Shown here piece by piece: positions 39,852 through 55,222 of a stretch of DNA of 64,000 nucleotides (its first letter is position 1; each line of letters starts with the position of its first letter). A model generated the notes under the pieces. That model had not been told where the DNA came from. It ran no database searches and worked only from the letters and a program-made list of their open reading frames with translations. The DNA lies in the NCBI GenBank assembly GCA_025594325.1, contig JANHCV010000010.1, positions 930,001 through 994,000 on the forward strand, in the 5' to 3' direction. This DNA is from Blastocladiella emersonii ATCC 22665 (Eukaryota; Fungi; Blastocladiomycota). A program made the translations under genes and the position numbers.

Positions 39852-41143
39852 TTACAGAGCGAGGATCGCGCGGCGGCCGGCCTCGATGAGCGACCCGCGG
39901 CGGTCACCCGCGAGGTCCCAGAACGCGACGCCACGGAGGCCGTGCTTGCGGGCGATGGTGGCCTTGGCGGCGACCGAGGTGACGGTATCGATCGAGTACC
40001 AGTCGCCGCGGACCGTGTGCCAGAGGGCGGCGGCGACGGCGCGCTCGTCGTAGAGCGGGAGCACGCCCATGGCGCGCGGCAGCGTGGCCTCGATCTCGTC
40101 GGCGGCGACCACGGTGGGCGCCTTGCCGTCGGTCGACGCGTGCGGCGCGGCCTCGTGCACGCCCGTGAACTTGAGGCCGTACAGCGGGAGCGCCGCAATG
40201 AGCTTGTCGGCGGCGACGCCCGACTTGACGAGGGCTACGAGTGGGGAGACGCGTCAGTCAGAGGTGGCTTCGCGAATGTCGTGTAGAGAGCGAAATCGTA
40301 CCATCGACAGCGTGCTGGATCAGGCCACCGGGGGCGTTGTGCTCGGTGGTCTTGGCGTCCTTGGCGGCGAGACCCTACGCAGCGCCGAGCATGAGGTGAG
40401 CCACTCGACGACGCGCAGCAACATGCGCGAGAGCGAACGTACGACGGTCTTGAGGTTGATCCAGTGAGCGTGGCGCGCGAGCTCGACGGTGTCGACCTTG
40501 GCAAAGGCCGCAGCGTGGCCGCTGATGGTGACCGAGACCGAGAGCGGGGTGGCGCGGTTGTGCCACTGCGAGAGCACGTCGAGGCCCTCGCGGACGTTCT
40601 TGACGAGGCGGCCAATGTTCTCGGCGTCGGCCGCGGCGAAGGTGGCCGAGGGCTCGATCTCGAGGTCGAGGCCGTCGAACTTGTGCTTGGCGAGGAAGTG
40701 CAGGGCCGAGGCGGCGAACTTGGCGCGCGAGTCGGCCGTCTTGGCGGCAAGCACGAGGCGCGCGGCCGCGTCGGGCCCCGCCACGGCGAGGATCGCCTTG
40801 AGGCCGCCGTTGCGCTGGCGCAGCGGGCTGTCGGCAGCGGTGAACAGCGCCACGTTGCCGCGCACCTTGCGGCCGTCGGCCAGCGCGTACTCGTGGTCAA
40901 AGTCGACGGCGCGGTCCGTCACGTCTACACGCGCGCGAGAGCGGGCAGATGCCACGATCAGTCGTGGTCGTTTGCGTGGCGTCTCGGGCGACGTGTACCG
41001 AGCTCGCCGTCGTTGTTGATGGCGCCGTGCACGTAGTAGACGTGGGTGAGCTTCTCGACGGGCAGGTCGAGCGGCGTGAGCTTGCGCTGGAGGGCGAGCT
41101 CGGACGAGGGGTCGTAGTGGCCGGCGACGACAGAGACGGTCAT
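39852..41143 (-). CDS. GH18 chitinase-like protein with degenerate active site and no signal peptide, 4 exons
   Basis: GH18 barrel motifs LTHVYY, RAKFAASALHFLAKHKFDGLDLEIE, DKLIAALPLYG, LRGVAFWDLAGD. Three GT-AG introns. Confidence 0.85.
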
Positions 41144-41379
41144 GGTTGGGCGATGAAAGCGTGCAACGAATGCGACTAGTGTTCGTAGCAGGGGAGAGAG
41201 AGAAGGGGGCGCGGGCGAAGCGAGAAGACAAACGCGTCGCCCGGCCGCCAGCCACGGCCAACGTCGAAGGGTGGCTCGCGGCAGAGTCCGTTCTCGGACC
41301 TCCCTCGCGCCGCAGCTCACTCTTCTCGCTCTCTCTGTCGGCTCTCTGTGCTGGAATGGACGGATGAGTTGTGCATGTA

Positions 41380-42383
41380 TTATCGGGGTGCCCGCGTGTA
41401 ATCTTCGGCAAAGGTCTCGATCTAGCGAGCGGGAGTCGCGTCGTCAGCCGAGCCCGCGGGCGCGAGGGAGGGGAACAGCGTACCGTGAGCAAGCTGGCGT
41501 CGACCGTCTTGAAGGCGACGAGGCCGACGGGGCGCGACTCCTTGATGGCCTGCAGGTCGGGGACCTCGGAGCCGCCGGGGATCCACATGTCGCCCTACAA
41601 CGGCGAGCGTGAGTTGGGCGCCCTCGCGTCGCATGGTAAAGAGGCCGGATGCGAACCAGTGGTGCGACCACTTCGCCCGGCTTGGCTTGCTGGAGCTTGC
41701 GGAAGGCTTCCGTAGTGAGGTCCGCGGCCACGACGAAGGTGCAGTCTAGAGCAAGCAACGCGTTAGTTGACCTACGCGACGACGCGATGTAAATGAGGGC
41801 GACGCACCGGATCGATCGGGAGCGCTGAACTCGGTTGGACCGATGGTCTGCAGGCGCAGGAGCGTAGCCTTGAACTCGGTCTCGAGCGAGGCGAGCGTAA
41901 TGGGTGCTGTGAGGCTGCGATCAGGGCCACGCGTCAGTCAGAGAGGGAGAGCGTCTAGGAATTGCAAGGCGTCCGTACTCTCGGTGCGGGGTCCCGCTTC
42001 GCAGCCCGAGCAGCAGATCGATGGTGGGGCGAACGCGGAACACGATGCGCTCGAGCGGCTCGCCGGGCACGTCGGGGTTCACGACGAGGAGCGAGACGGA
42101 CTCGATGGTCATCTACAGAGGGAATCGATGAGAAGAGAGCTGCTTGGCCGTGGATTCGACAACGGCAGCGTACCGCCTCAAGCGCGGGCCGCAGCGGTTC
42201 CAGCACCGACCGCACGTATCGGATGACGGCGGGGCTGCGGCACGCCTTGACGGCGACGCCGTAGATCTGCGCGTCGCCAAAGATGTGCGGCGGGTACAGG
42301 CGGCGGGCGTGCAGCACGACGTGGATGGCGGCCTCGAGGAACTCGAGCGTGCTGCTGAGCACCTGCGGGAACGAGAGCAGCAT
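41380..42383 (-). CDS. REV7: REV7/MAD2L2 HORMA-domain protein, multi-exon
   Basis: LEFLEAAIHVVLHARRLYPPHIF...YGVAVKACRSPAVIRYV, PLERIVF, LETEFKATLLRL, DCTFVV, MWIP, and terminal IETFAE. Confidence 0.88.
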
Positions 42384-42507
42384 GTTGCCTCGGGTGCTGC
42401 TACGAGTCACCGCGTTACATTCAAGGGTGCAATTGCATCGAGTCCCACGTCGAGGGCGGCGGCGAAGCGGGGCCGGACGCGACGGCGAGGAAGCGCAGAG
42501 TCTCGTG

Positions 42508-43578
42508 ATGGGCGCAGGGACTCACGGTCCGGTCCGCAGACGCACCGCTGCTGGCCTCACGCTCAGCCAGGTGCTCGCCGAGGCCGACAAGCTCGAGGTC
42601 CACGGCTCGGTCCAGGTCCCGATCCCGGGCGGCCGTGACAAGATCGAGTCGCACAAGAAGAAGATTGTCATCCGCTACGGCCAGCGCATGTTTGTCATTG
42701 ACGCCGGCGTGCGCGACTTCCTCACCGGCTTCGTCGTGCCGTTCGAGCTCGCGCGCCTGTTTCGGCGGCTCCAGTACCTTGCGTACTTGGCGGCGCAGGG
42801 TGGCGACGGCCCGTGGTCCGAGGTGCTCAAGGCGTACATTCGGTCGGCGGTCTCGCGCGTCGTCCTGACTCGGCCGCTGTTCCGGTCGCTGTCAAGTCGC
42901 GAGTTCCACCACCACGTCGGCACCGACCAGGCTCGCGAGCAGCGCAAGGCGTCGCGCGTCAAGGCGGGCCTCGTACCAGGCGATGCAGCGCACTCGTGCG
43001 TTGCCGGCGACCACCGCGCGGTCGCTCGGGTCGCCACCGAGTACATGGAGGCCAAGGTCGAGGAGAGCTGCAGCCACGGCGTGTGCAGCACCAAGTTCAC
43101 CAACGAGGGCCGCCGCAAGGCGTACTGGGCCGACCTCGCCCGCGCGCTGCGCGGCCACGTCGTGCTCATCGGCCGCAACTTCTCGGGCTTCGGCATGATC
43201 TCCGCGGCCGACAAGGGCCCTGTGGTCGAGATGGTCAAGGAGCTGCGCTCGCGCGGCGTCACCGTGTACGCCGTCGACGAGAACTACTCGAGCAAGTGGT
43301 GCGCCGCGTGCGCCATGGCCGACCCCGCCGCCGCCAAGGCCGACAAGACCAACCTGCTCGGCAAGACCAACAAGAAGGTGTACCAGACGCGCGCGTGCCG
43401 TCGCTGCGGCGTCCGCGTCCAGCGCGACCGCAACGCGGCCGTCAACATCCTCTCGTTCGCCATCAAGCAGCTCATCTTCGAGGACCAGGCCAAGGACGCG
43501 GACGGCAACCCGCTGCCTGCCGCCCGCCCCAAGCACCGCTACCACCGCAAGCGCCGCACCACGCCCACGGTCGAGTAG
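42508..43578 (+). CDS. Compact TnpB/Fanzor-family RuvC nuclease, 356 aa, N-terminal REC/WED lobe largely missing
   Basis: RuvC-I FVIDAGVRD (Asp 42700-42702); VVLIG...GP..EMVKEL; RuvC-II VYAVDENYSSKWCAAC (Glu 43279-43281); second CxxC CRRC; RuvC-III QRDRNAAVNI (Asp 43426-43428); basic tail RPKHRYHRKRR. Confidence 0.85.
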   Translation: MGAGTHGPVRRRTAAGLTLSQVLAEADKLEVHGSVQVPIPGGRDKIESHKKKIVIRYGQRMFVIDAGVRDFLTGFVVPFELARLFRRLQYLAYLAAQGGDGPWSEVLKAYIRSAVSRVVLTRPLFRSLSSREFHHHVGTDQAREQRKASRVKAGLVPGDAAHSCVAGDHRAVARVATEYMEAKVEESCSHGVCSTKFTNEGRRKAYWADLARALRGHVVLIGRNFSGFGMISAADKGPVVEMVKELRSRGVTVYAVDENYSSKWCAACAMADPAAAKADKTNLLGKTNKKVYQTRACRRCGVRVQRDRNAAVNILSFAIKQLIFEDQAKDADGNPLPAARPKHRYHRKRRTTPTVE

Positions 43579-43860
43579 TGCAAGCCGTCCTTACCCTTCT
43601 TCCCTCACCATCCACCAGCTGGGTTGGAGCGTGTGACACGCATCGTGTCCGCACGTCCGTGCTTCCCTTGCCAAGACCACGAGCACGCGCTATGCTTAGG
43701 AGTCAGCGGCGGGGCGGTGGCTCGAATAGTAGCAAGCGAGCTCAGCTGCGAGGTGCCCTTGCCCTGCTGGGCCGGGTGACCCTCGTTCGGCCGCATCGTC
43801 GGCCGGTGCACTTTACCTCCAATTTTTGTTGTTTGATTGTAAACGCACCGCTGCTGTCTC
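43579..43860 (+). ncRNA. Candidate omega-RNA / structured 3' flank of the Fanzor-like ORF
   Basis: Hairpins GACACG-cat-CGTGTC (43635-43649), GCAC-gtcc-GTGC (43651-43662), GCTCG...CGAGC (about 43720-43741), and CGGTGC..TTTAC...GTAAA..GCACCG (43804-43850). The position matches that expected for a Fanzor guide scaffold. Confidence 0.3.
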
Positions 43861-43997
43861 AGTCTCGGGGCCTTCGCTCTCTCCCCTGCCCGCATATATT
43901 AAAGGAGTTCCCGAGCCTTACCACTCCGGGCAATGTAATCTGACCGGTTTCCTGCCGAGCCAACTTCTGCGAGCACGATACCCGTCATTCCCACGCC

Positions 43998-48821
<4,824 letters not shown>

Positions 48822-49149
48822 TCAACGACGGGGGCGGGGAGGGTACGAGTCTTATACTGCCCGCTGCTGCCGTCCTGCTGCTGGTACGCGACCGCGACGC
48901 GTCGCTCGCTCGGGGGCGACGTGGTGGCGCAGATCGGGGCGCGCACGCCCACACGGGAAACGCCAGCAGCGCGCGTGCACGCGTGGAGAGGGTAGGTGAT
49001 GAGGCTGAGCAGGGCAGGCCGTAAACGCCAGCACCGTGAACCGAGTCACTTCACTTGGGCCGTGGCTTCGCGCCGCGGCGTGTCGCCCGCGCGGCGCGGC
49101 GCGATCGCGTCGACCGGCGGGCGTGTCGTTTACCTGGAAGCGTGTCTCC

Positions 49150-49176
49150 CCTCGGACCTCGGACCTCGGACCTCGG
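49150..49176. repeat. (CCTCGGA) about x4 heptamer repeat
   Basis: Read directly in the ARF1/S1P lyase intergenic region. Confidence 0.8.
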
Positions 49177-49635
49177 CTCGACTCGATGCATGGCGGGTGG
49201 TGGTGTGGGTGGCGTAGCAGCAGGCGCGCGCGCGCAGCAGGACAGCAGGCAGCAGTGCGGGCGAGGGGAGGCGATACGGACAGGTTGCGACAGGTGGCGG
49301 GCACGCTGGAGGGGGGAGAGCGGGCGTGTTGAGAGAGAAGTCGGGGCGCGTGCAGGAGGGACGCCACGGCCGCCGAAAGAGTTGGGCGCGCTGTGAGGGC
49401 GGCGGCGGCGGCGCGCGGCGGCGGCTGCGAGTGTGGCGAAAAGCGCGCGCGCTCCATGCCTCCCCGCCGCACGTGCCCTCACGCGCACCGTGTCTCGCGT
49501 CTCCGCGCTTCTCCTCGCGACGCGTCTCCCTGCGCGTCTCCCGCTTGCCTCTCTCGCGCAAGAAGTTTTCAAACTGCAACTCGCGCTTCCAATTCTTTCC
49601 AGTTCCACTTTCTCCTTCTCCTCGTCCCGCCAAAA

Positions 49636-51318
49636 TCACGGCTTGAGGCACAGGTCGAGGTACCCGACCACAATGTCGTTGACGATCGACCGGTCGGGGA
49701 TCGACGCCGCCATGCCGTAGATGGCCGCCGACCCCTTGGTGTAGTTGTCGGGGTTGGCCTGCACCTCGGCGACCGCCGCCTTGAGGTCGCGCACAAACTG
49801 GTCCGCCTTGCCGACCGTCAGGTACGTGCACGCAATGTGGAGCGCCTCGGGGTACTGCAGCGCGTTGAGGTTCCACCCTTTGCTGCCCATGACGTCGTTG
49901 ACCGAGAACACGTTGAGCGACCGCGTGCGGAACGCGACGACCGACACCTTGGGGTCGCCGAGCACCTCGATCTCCGGGATCTCGCTGCGGATCCGGGACG
50001 CGATCTCGCGCGCCGTGCCGACAATGTCGCGGGTCGCGGCGACGTACCCGTCGCGGCCCATGGCGAGCATCGTGGCCCAGCACCCGGCGATCAGGGCGCC
50101 GGGGCGCGACCCGGCGATCGACGGGCTGGCGTAGATTCCGCCGACCCAGTCGGGCGCCAAAAAGTACTGGTGCTTGCGGAACGCGCCCGACCGGTACATG
50201 ACGACCGACGAGCCCTTGGGCGCGAACCCGTACTTGTGCGTGTCGACCGACATGGACGTGACGCCCGGCACGCGGAAGTCGAACGCCGGCACGTCCCCGA
50301 ACCCGGCCTCGCCCATGAACGCCATGAGGAACGACCCGAGGCAGCAGTCGATGTGCAGCGGCACCTTGTGCTTGAGGGCGAGCCGGCTCAGGCCCTCGAT
50401 GTCGTCGATGATCCCGTGCGGGAAGTTGGGCGTCGAGCCCGCGATCATGATCGTGTTCCCGTCCATGGCGCGCTCGACGAGCTTGAGGTCGACGCGCAGG
50501 TCCTTGCCGAGCGGCACCTTGACGAGGCGGATCCCGAAGTAGTGCGCGGCCTTGTCAAACGCGGCGTGGATCGTCTCGGGGACCACCATGTTGGGCTCAG
50601 CGACGCCGCGCTCGACGCGCGCGAGCTCGCGGTACGCCTTGCACGCCATGAGGATCGACTCGGTCCCGCCCGACGTCAGGTTGCCGCACCCGTCGGGCCC
50701 CGCGTGGTACAGGTCGAGCACCATGCGCACCACCTCGGCCTCCATCTTGCGCACGCCCGGGAACAGGTCCGGGTGCAGCGGGTTCGAGCTCGAGAACTGC
50801 GCGTACGCGTCCACCACCACCGCCGACAGGTCGTCGCCGCCGTGGTACACGGCACCGGACACCTGGCCCTTCTTGTAGTCGATGTGGCCCAGCTTGCCGT
50901 ACCGCGCCAGCTCGCGCTGCACCGCCTCGCGCGGCATCCCGCGCGACGGCAGGCTCGTGTACGGCGCCGGGTCGCCGGGCGCCGGCGGCGGCGCGATCGA
51001 GTGCGCCATACTCGCCAGCGTCTTGTCGATCTTCTTTTGGATCAGCGCGTTGGCCGGCGTCGGCAGGCTGCGCACCGACTGCAGGAAGATCTGTGAGGGG
51101 GCACCGGGGGTCAGTACTGGCGCGACGCTGTGCGCGAGAGGACGTACCCGCGAGGCGGTCCACAGGGCATGCCGCACGCTGCCGGCGAGCCCGCGGAACA
51201 CGAGCGACCGGTACGCCGTCTTGGTGATGCGCAGCACGAACAGCAGGAACAGCACGTTCTTGACCGCGCGCAGCGGCCGCGGGCCCGCCTGCGTCAGCGC
51301 CGTCGTTACAGACTCCAT
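49636..51318 (-). CDS. DPL1: Sphingosine-1-phosphate lyase (PLP-dependent)
   Basis: GQVSGAVYHG, SNPLHPDLFPGVRKMEAEVV, TSGGTESILMACKAYR, FPHGIIDDI, HIDCCLG, SVDTHKYGFAPKG. One in-frame intron at about 51094-51150. Confidence 0.96.
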   Translation of the reverse strand: MESVTTALTQAGPRPLRAVKNVLFLLFVLRITKTAYRSLVFRGLAGSVRHALWTASRVRPLAHSVAPVLTPGAPSQIFLQSVRSLPTPANALIQKKIDKTLASMAHSIAPPPAPGDPAPYTSLPSRGMPREAVQRELARYGKLGHIDYKKGQVSGAVYHGGDDLSAVVVDAYAQFSSSNPLHPDLFPGVRKMEAEVVRMVLDLYHAGPDGCGNLTSGGTESILMACKAYRELARVERGVAEPNMVVPETIHAAFDKAAHYFGIRLVKVPLGKDLRVDLKLVERAMDGNTIMIAGSTPNFPHGIIDDIEGLSRLALKHKVPLHIDCCLGSFLMAFMGEAGFGDVPAFDFRVPGVTSMSVDTHKYGFAPKGSSVVMYRSGAFRKHQYFLAPDWVGGIYASPSIAGSRPGALIAGCWATMLAMGRDGYVAATRDIVGTAREIASRIRSEIPEIEVLGDPKVSVVAFRTRSLNVFSVNDVMGSKGWNLNALQYPEALHIACTYLTVGKADQFVRDLKAAVAEVQANPDNYTKGSAAIYGMAASIPDRSIVNDIVVGYLDLCLKP

Positions 51319-51588
51319 GATGTTTCGTTTATCGTTGTTTTGTTGGGGAGCAGGAAAGGGAGAGAGGAAGGGTTGTGGCGGGCGGCAGCAGCATCGCGCG
51401 AGCCGCCACACGCGCGTCGCCGCCGACTCGGCCGATGGCGGCGGCCGCCGCTCGCCCCGCTTCTTCTCCTTCCGCACGCGCCCCTTGACGGGTAAATAAA
51501 TGAAGTCAGTGCCATGTATTCTTCATCACCGTCATCGAGTGCTCGCCGTGGCCCACGCTGGCCGCCTTCACCCACATGGGGCAGGGGC

Positions 51589-54500
51589 CTACGCCGTCGC
51601 CGCTGAGGGACCCGGCGCCGCGGCTCCTCCTGCCGCTGCTGCCGCTGGGGCCTCGCCGGCCGCGCCCGGGGTTGTTCCTGTGGCGGCCGCCGCCGCGGCC
51701 GGGTCGCCCTTGTTGGTCGGCATGATGAGTCGCTCGAGCAGCGCCGTGCGCTCGCGGAGGATCTCGGTCACGGACGCCGATGCCGACGTTGCCGGGGCTC
51801 CGTCGAACGCGTCGTCGCCGAGCGCGTCCATCGGATCCGCGGGCGCCCCCGCCATCCCCGCGGCGGCGGCGTTGCGCTCCTGCGGCGTGAACAGCTGGAG
51901 CCGGCGCAGCTTGTACACGTTGACGGACCCGGTATCGTCGCCCGTGACGAGGACGGGGGTGGCGACGCCGAACAGGCAGCACATGAGGCGCTGGTCGAGG
52001 ACCGAGTGCACAATGGTCGGGTCGAGCACGCTGAGCGACAGGTCCCACACCTCGATGCGGCCGTCGAGCGAGACGCTGGCCAGGACCGTGGGCGAGTGCG
52101 GCGACCAGTCCACGTCCATGATCGCGTCCTTGCCCGAGTAGAACTTGAGCCCCATGGCCTCGGCGTCCTGGTGCCACAGCCCGACCGACCAGTCGGCGCT
52201 GCACGACGCGAAGATGTGGGGGGAGAAGGGCGACCACTTCACGCGGTGCACGGGGCCCGCGTGCCCGAAATACGTGCTCAGGTACTGCTCGTTGTACGAC
52301 ACCGAGCACTTGTGCACCGTCCCGTCCTCGGTCGCCACCAGGTACGTGTTGTAGTCGTTCGGGTTGAAGTCGAACCCGAGCCCGCCCGCCGACCGCGAGA
52401 TGAACGACGACTTGACGCCGCCGCCGCCCGCGTTCGAGCTGCTGCTGCTCGCCTTTCCGCCCTCGCGGCCCGTCGCACCGCCGCCGCCACCCGTCGCCTT
52501 GCTCTCCTGCGCCTTGACCGTCTTGAGCGTCATGAGATCCACGCCATCGAGCCCCTTGCGCAGGAGCCATTGGCACACGCGCCCGTCCGTCGAGATCGAC
52601 ACCACGGCCTCGGCGCGGGACTGGTGGTCGCCGATACTCTGCTCCTTGTCGACCCATTTCACCTGCCACACGGGGTCGCGGTGTTTCGTCGGCAGCGACC
52701 CCGAGTCGATCCCCGCGTCGCTCGTCGCCTCGTTGCGCACGTCGTAGATGGCGATCCGCCCGTCCACGAACCCGACCGCCAGCAGGTTCGGCGACGACCG
52801 CGAGAAGTCGAGCGACGTCACGGGCGACGTGCACTTGAACACGCGCGACGGGTACTCGGGGTTCTTGAGCGACCAGCAGCAGATCAGGCCCGGCGACGCG
52901 CCGAACAGGTTGTTCCCGGCTGCGGCGGCCGCCGCGGCCGCGGCTGCAGCTGCTGCAGCGGCAGCGTTGGCCGCCCCACCGCCGCGCGGGTTGGTCGACG
53001 CCCCGCCCCCACCCGACGCCGCGGCTGCCGCCGCCGCCGCCGCGTCGACGACGGCGGACCGCGGGAGACCGTACCCGACGGCGAGAATGTCCGGGTTCTG
53101 CTTGTTCCACGCCATGGCCATGACGCACCGGTCGCGGACCATCTCGCACCGGAACGACCACAGGTAGTGCAGCGAGGGGATGTGCGACTCGAAGTTGTCG
53201 GTGGCGGCGGCCGCGGCGGCCGCGGCGGCGGTGATGGCGTGGTTGTTGTTGCCCGACAGGGACAGCTGGGTGCTGGTGGCCGGGTTCAGGTCTCGGTACT
53301 CGAGCAGCCGCGACGCGTAGATGGACTCGAGGACCGCGGATTCCATGACGCGTAGGGATTCTTTTAGGTTCGACTGGTACAGCTATACGGTTGCGACGGC
53401 GCGGTGTCAGTGAGGCGTGGGTGAGTGAGGGTGGGAATGGACGCACCGACTGCAGCGTCACCTCCTTCTCGAGATACGACGGGACCACCATGTCGGCGTT
53501 GGGCTGCGCGCCGCCGGCGCCGAACCCGCCAAACACGGACTGGGTCCCGCCAGCGCCGCCGTCGGCGCCTGCTATGATGCTCGACTCGATGGTGTTGACG
53601 GCCGACGAGATGAACGAGCTCGAGTCCAGCATGTTTCCGACGGTGCCCGTCGCCGACGACATGGCGCCGCTGAGCGTCGGGATCGCGTCGGTGCTCACGC
53701 TCGACTTGCTGTTGGCGCTACACACACACGACGATTCCGCGCGCTCGCGTCAGTCATCCGCGGCCATGAAAGCAGCGCCGCGAAAGCGTGCCTGGTCAAG
53801 TTATCCGTCCCGACCTCATGCGCGGGCCGCGCCTGGTACTCGTCGAAGATGGACCACTCGTTGACCTGGGCCTCGGAGTGAACGGGCTTGACGAGGATCG
53901 CCTGCACGTCCTTGGTCTTGGTCGCGCTGTTGTACGTCTGGGTCGACCGGTGCGCAAAGTTGTTGCTCGACTTGCGCGCCTCGAGCACCTCGGCGTACCG
54001 CACGTTGGCCGCCTCGACGCCCGCGACCTCGGCGTCGTCGCCCGCCACCGTCACGCTCGGCAGGTCCAGCAGCGTCATGGTCTCGGTCTCGCTCAGCGTG
54101 ATGTGCAGAACGCGGTTCAGGTCCGTCTCGGTCAGCTCGCGCGGCGCCGACGACGAGGACGAGGTGTTGCTGAGGCCAGGGTACGCGCCCGACTCGCGCT
54201 TGTTCATTGGTCCGCGGCCGTGTGCGGCGGCTGTCGCCGGCCCGCCGCCGCGCATCCCCATGCCGTGGCCGCCGCCGCCGTGGTGCCCGTCCTCGTCGTC
54301 GAACGAGCGGTCGGACGTGATGGACGCCGTGTCGTCGTCGCTGCGGTCGTCGAGCGACGCAGACACCTTGGACCCGCCGTAGCTCATGAACGACTTGCCG
54401 AAGTTGAGCGACGAGAACTGGTTCAGCGTCTGCGCCTCGAGCGACGTGAAGTAGTCGAGCGCCGACGACTGCGCGGACGTCGCGTTAGCACCGTGTCCAT

Positions 54501-54872
54501 CGCGACGTCGCACCGCTCACGTACCGGCACCATCCGACTCCCACCGACCTGCGACCCACTCCCGAGCGAGTCCGCGCCGATCGACCCGCCGCCGACGCCC
54601 GCCATCCCTCCGGCGCCCGTCTTTCCCTGCGCCTTGGGCGGCGCGAGCAGCGGCGCGGGCGTGACGTCGCGGCCCTCGTCGTCGTAGATGCGCACGTCCT
54701 GGCGCGCGGTCCCGTTCGCGTTCGCCCCATTGGCGCCGAGGTTGGCGTTGGACCCGCGGTGGCGGAACGCGCCGCCGCCCGCACCGAAACCGTACCCGGA
54801 CACGCCGTCGTACCGGCCGCGCGCGTTACTCGCGCCGCCCGCGCCGCCGCCGCCGGCGACGCTACGCGACAT
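51589..54872 (-). CDS. DNAI4: Axonemal dynein intermediate chain, WDR78/IC138 type, multi-exon
   Basis: YDDEGRDVTPAPL, ITLSETETMTLLDLPSVTV, QTYNSATKTKDVQ, WNKQNPDILAVGYG, WSLKNPEYP, KHRDPVWQVKW, SISTDGRVCQW, HKCSVSYNEQYL. Confidence 0.88.
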
Positions 54873-55222
54873 GTTCACGCTCGTCGCGGTTTGGGATTTT
54901 GGGTTTCGGCTACATGGGCCCGCGAACGGATCAGGGGTAGGTCAAGGCGGTCGGTTGCAAAGTGCAGGGTTACCTGCGCATGGTTCATTCGTTTTACGTG
55001 ATAGCTTATGCTGCTGAAGAGATTAGACAGCGACGAAGGCGACGAGAAGCGAGTCGGGTTTCCTTCCCCTGACCGATCGGCGCGACGAGAAACGCGTCTC
55101 GCACGCGTCACGCTTGCTCGCGTGATTTCATGGCGCGACGCGTGAGACATTTGTCTCCCACTCTCAGCCCTCTCCCTCTCTCACACGTTTGGTTTTTCAC
55201 CCAATCACATCGTATTCCGCGC

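Noticed and set aside
42283-42507. N-terminal extension of the Fanzor-like ORF from the GTG at 42283
   Set aside because: It overlaps REV7 exon 1 on the antisense strand, has no TnpB-like character, and is most likely open by chance.
42384-43997. Intact mobile element (terminal inverted repeats, target-site duplication, transposase) around the Fanzor-like ORF
   Set aside because: I found no matching terminal repeats or transposase ORF by eye, so it is not called a mobile element. A self-alignment would settle this.
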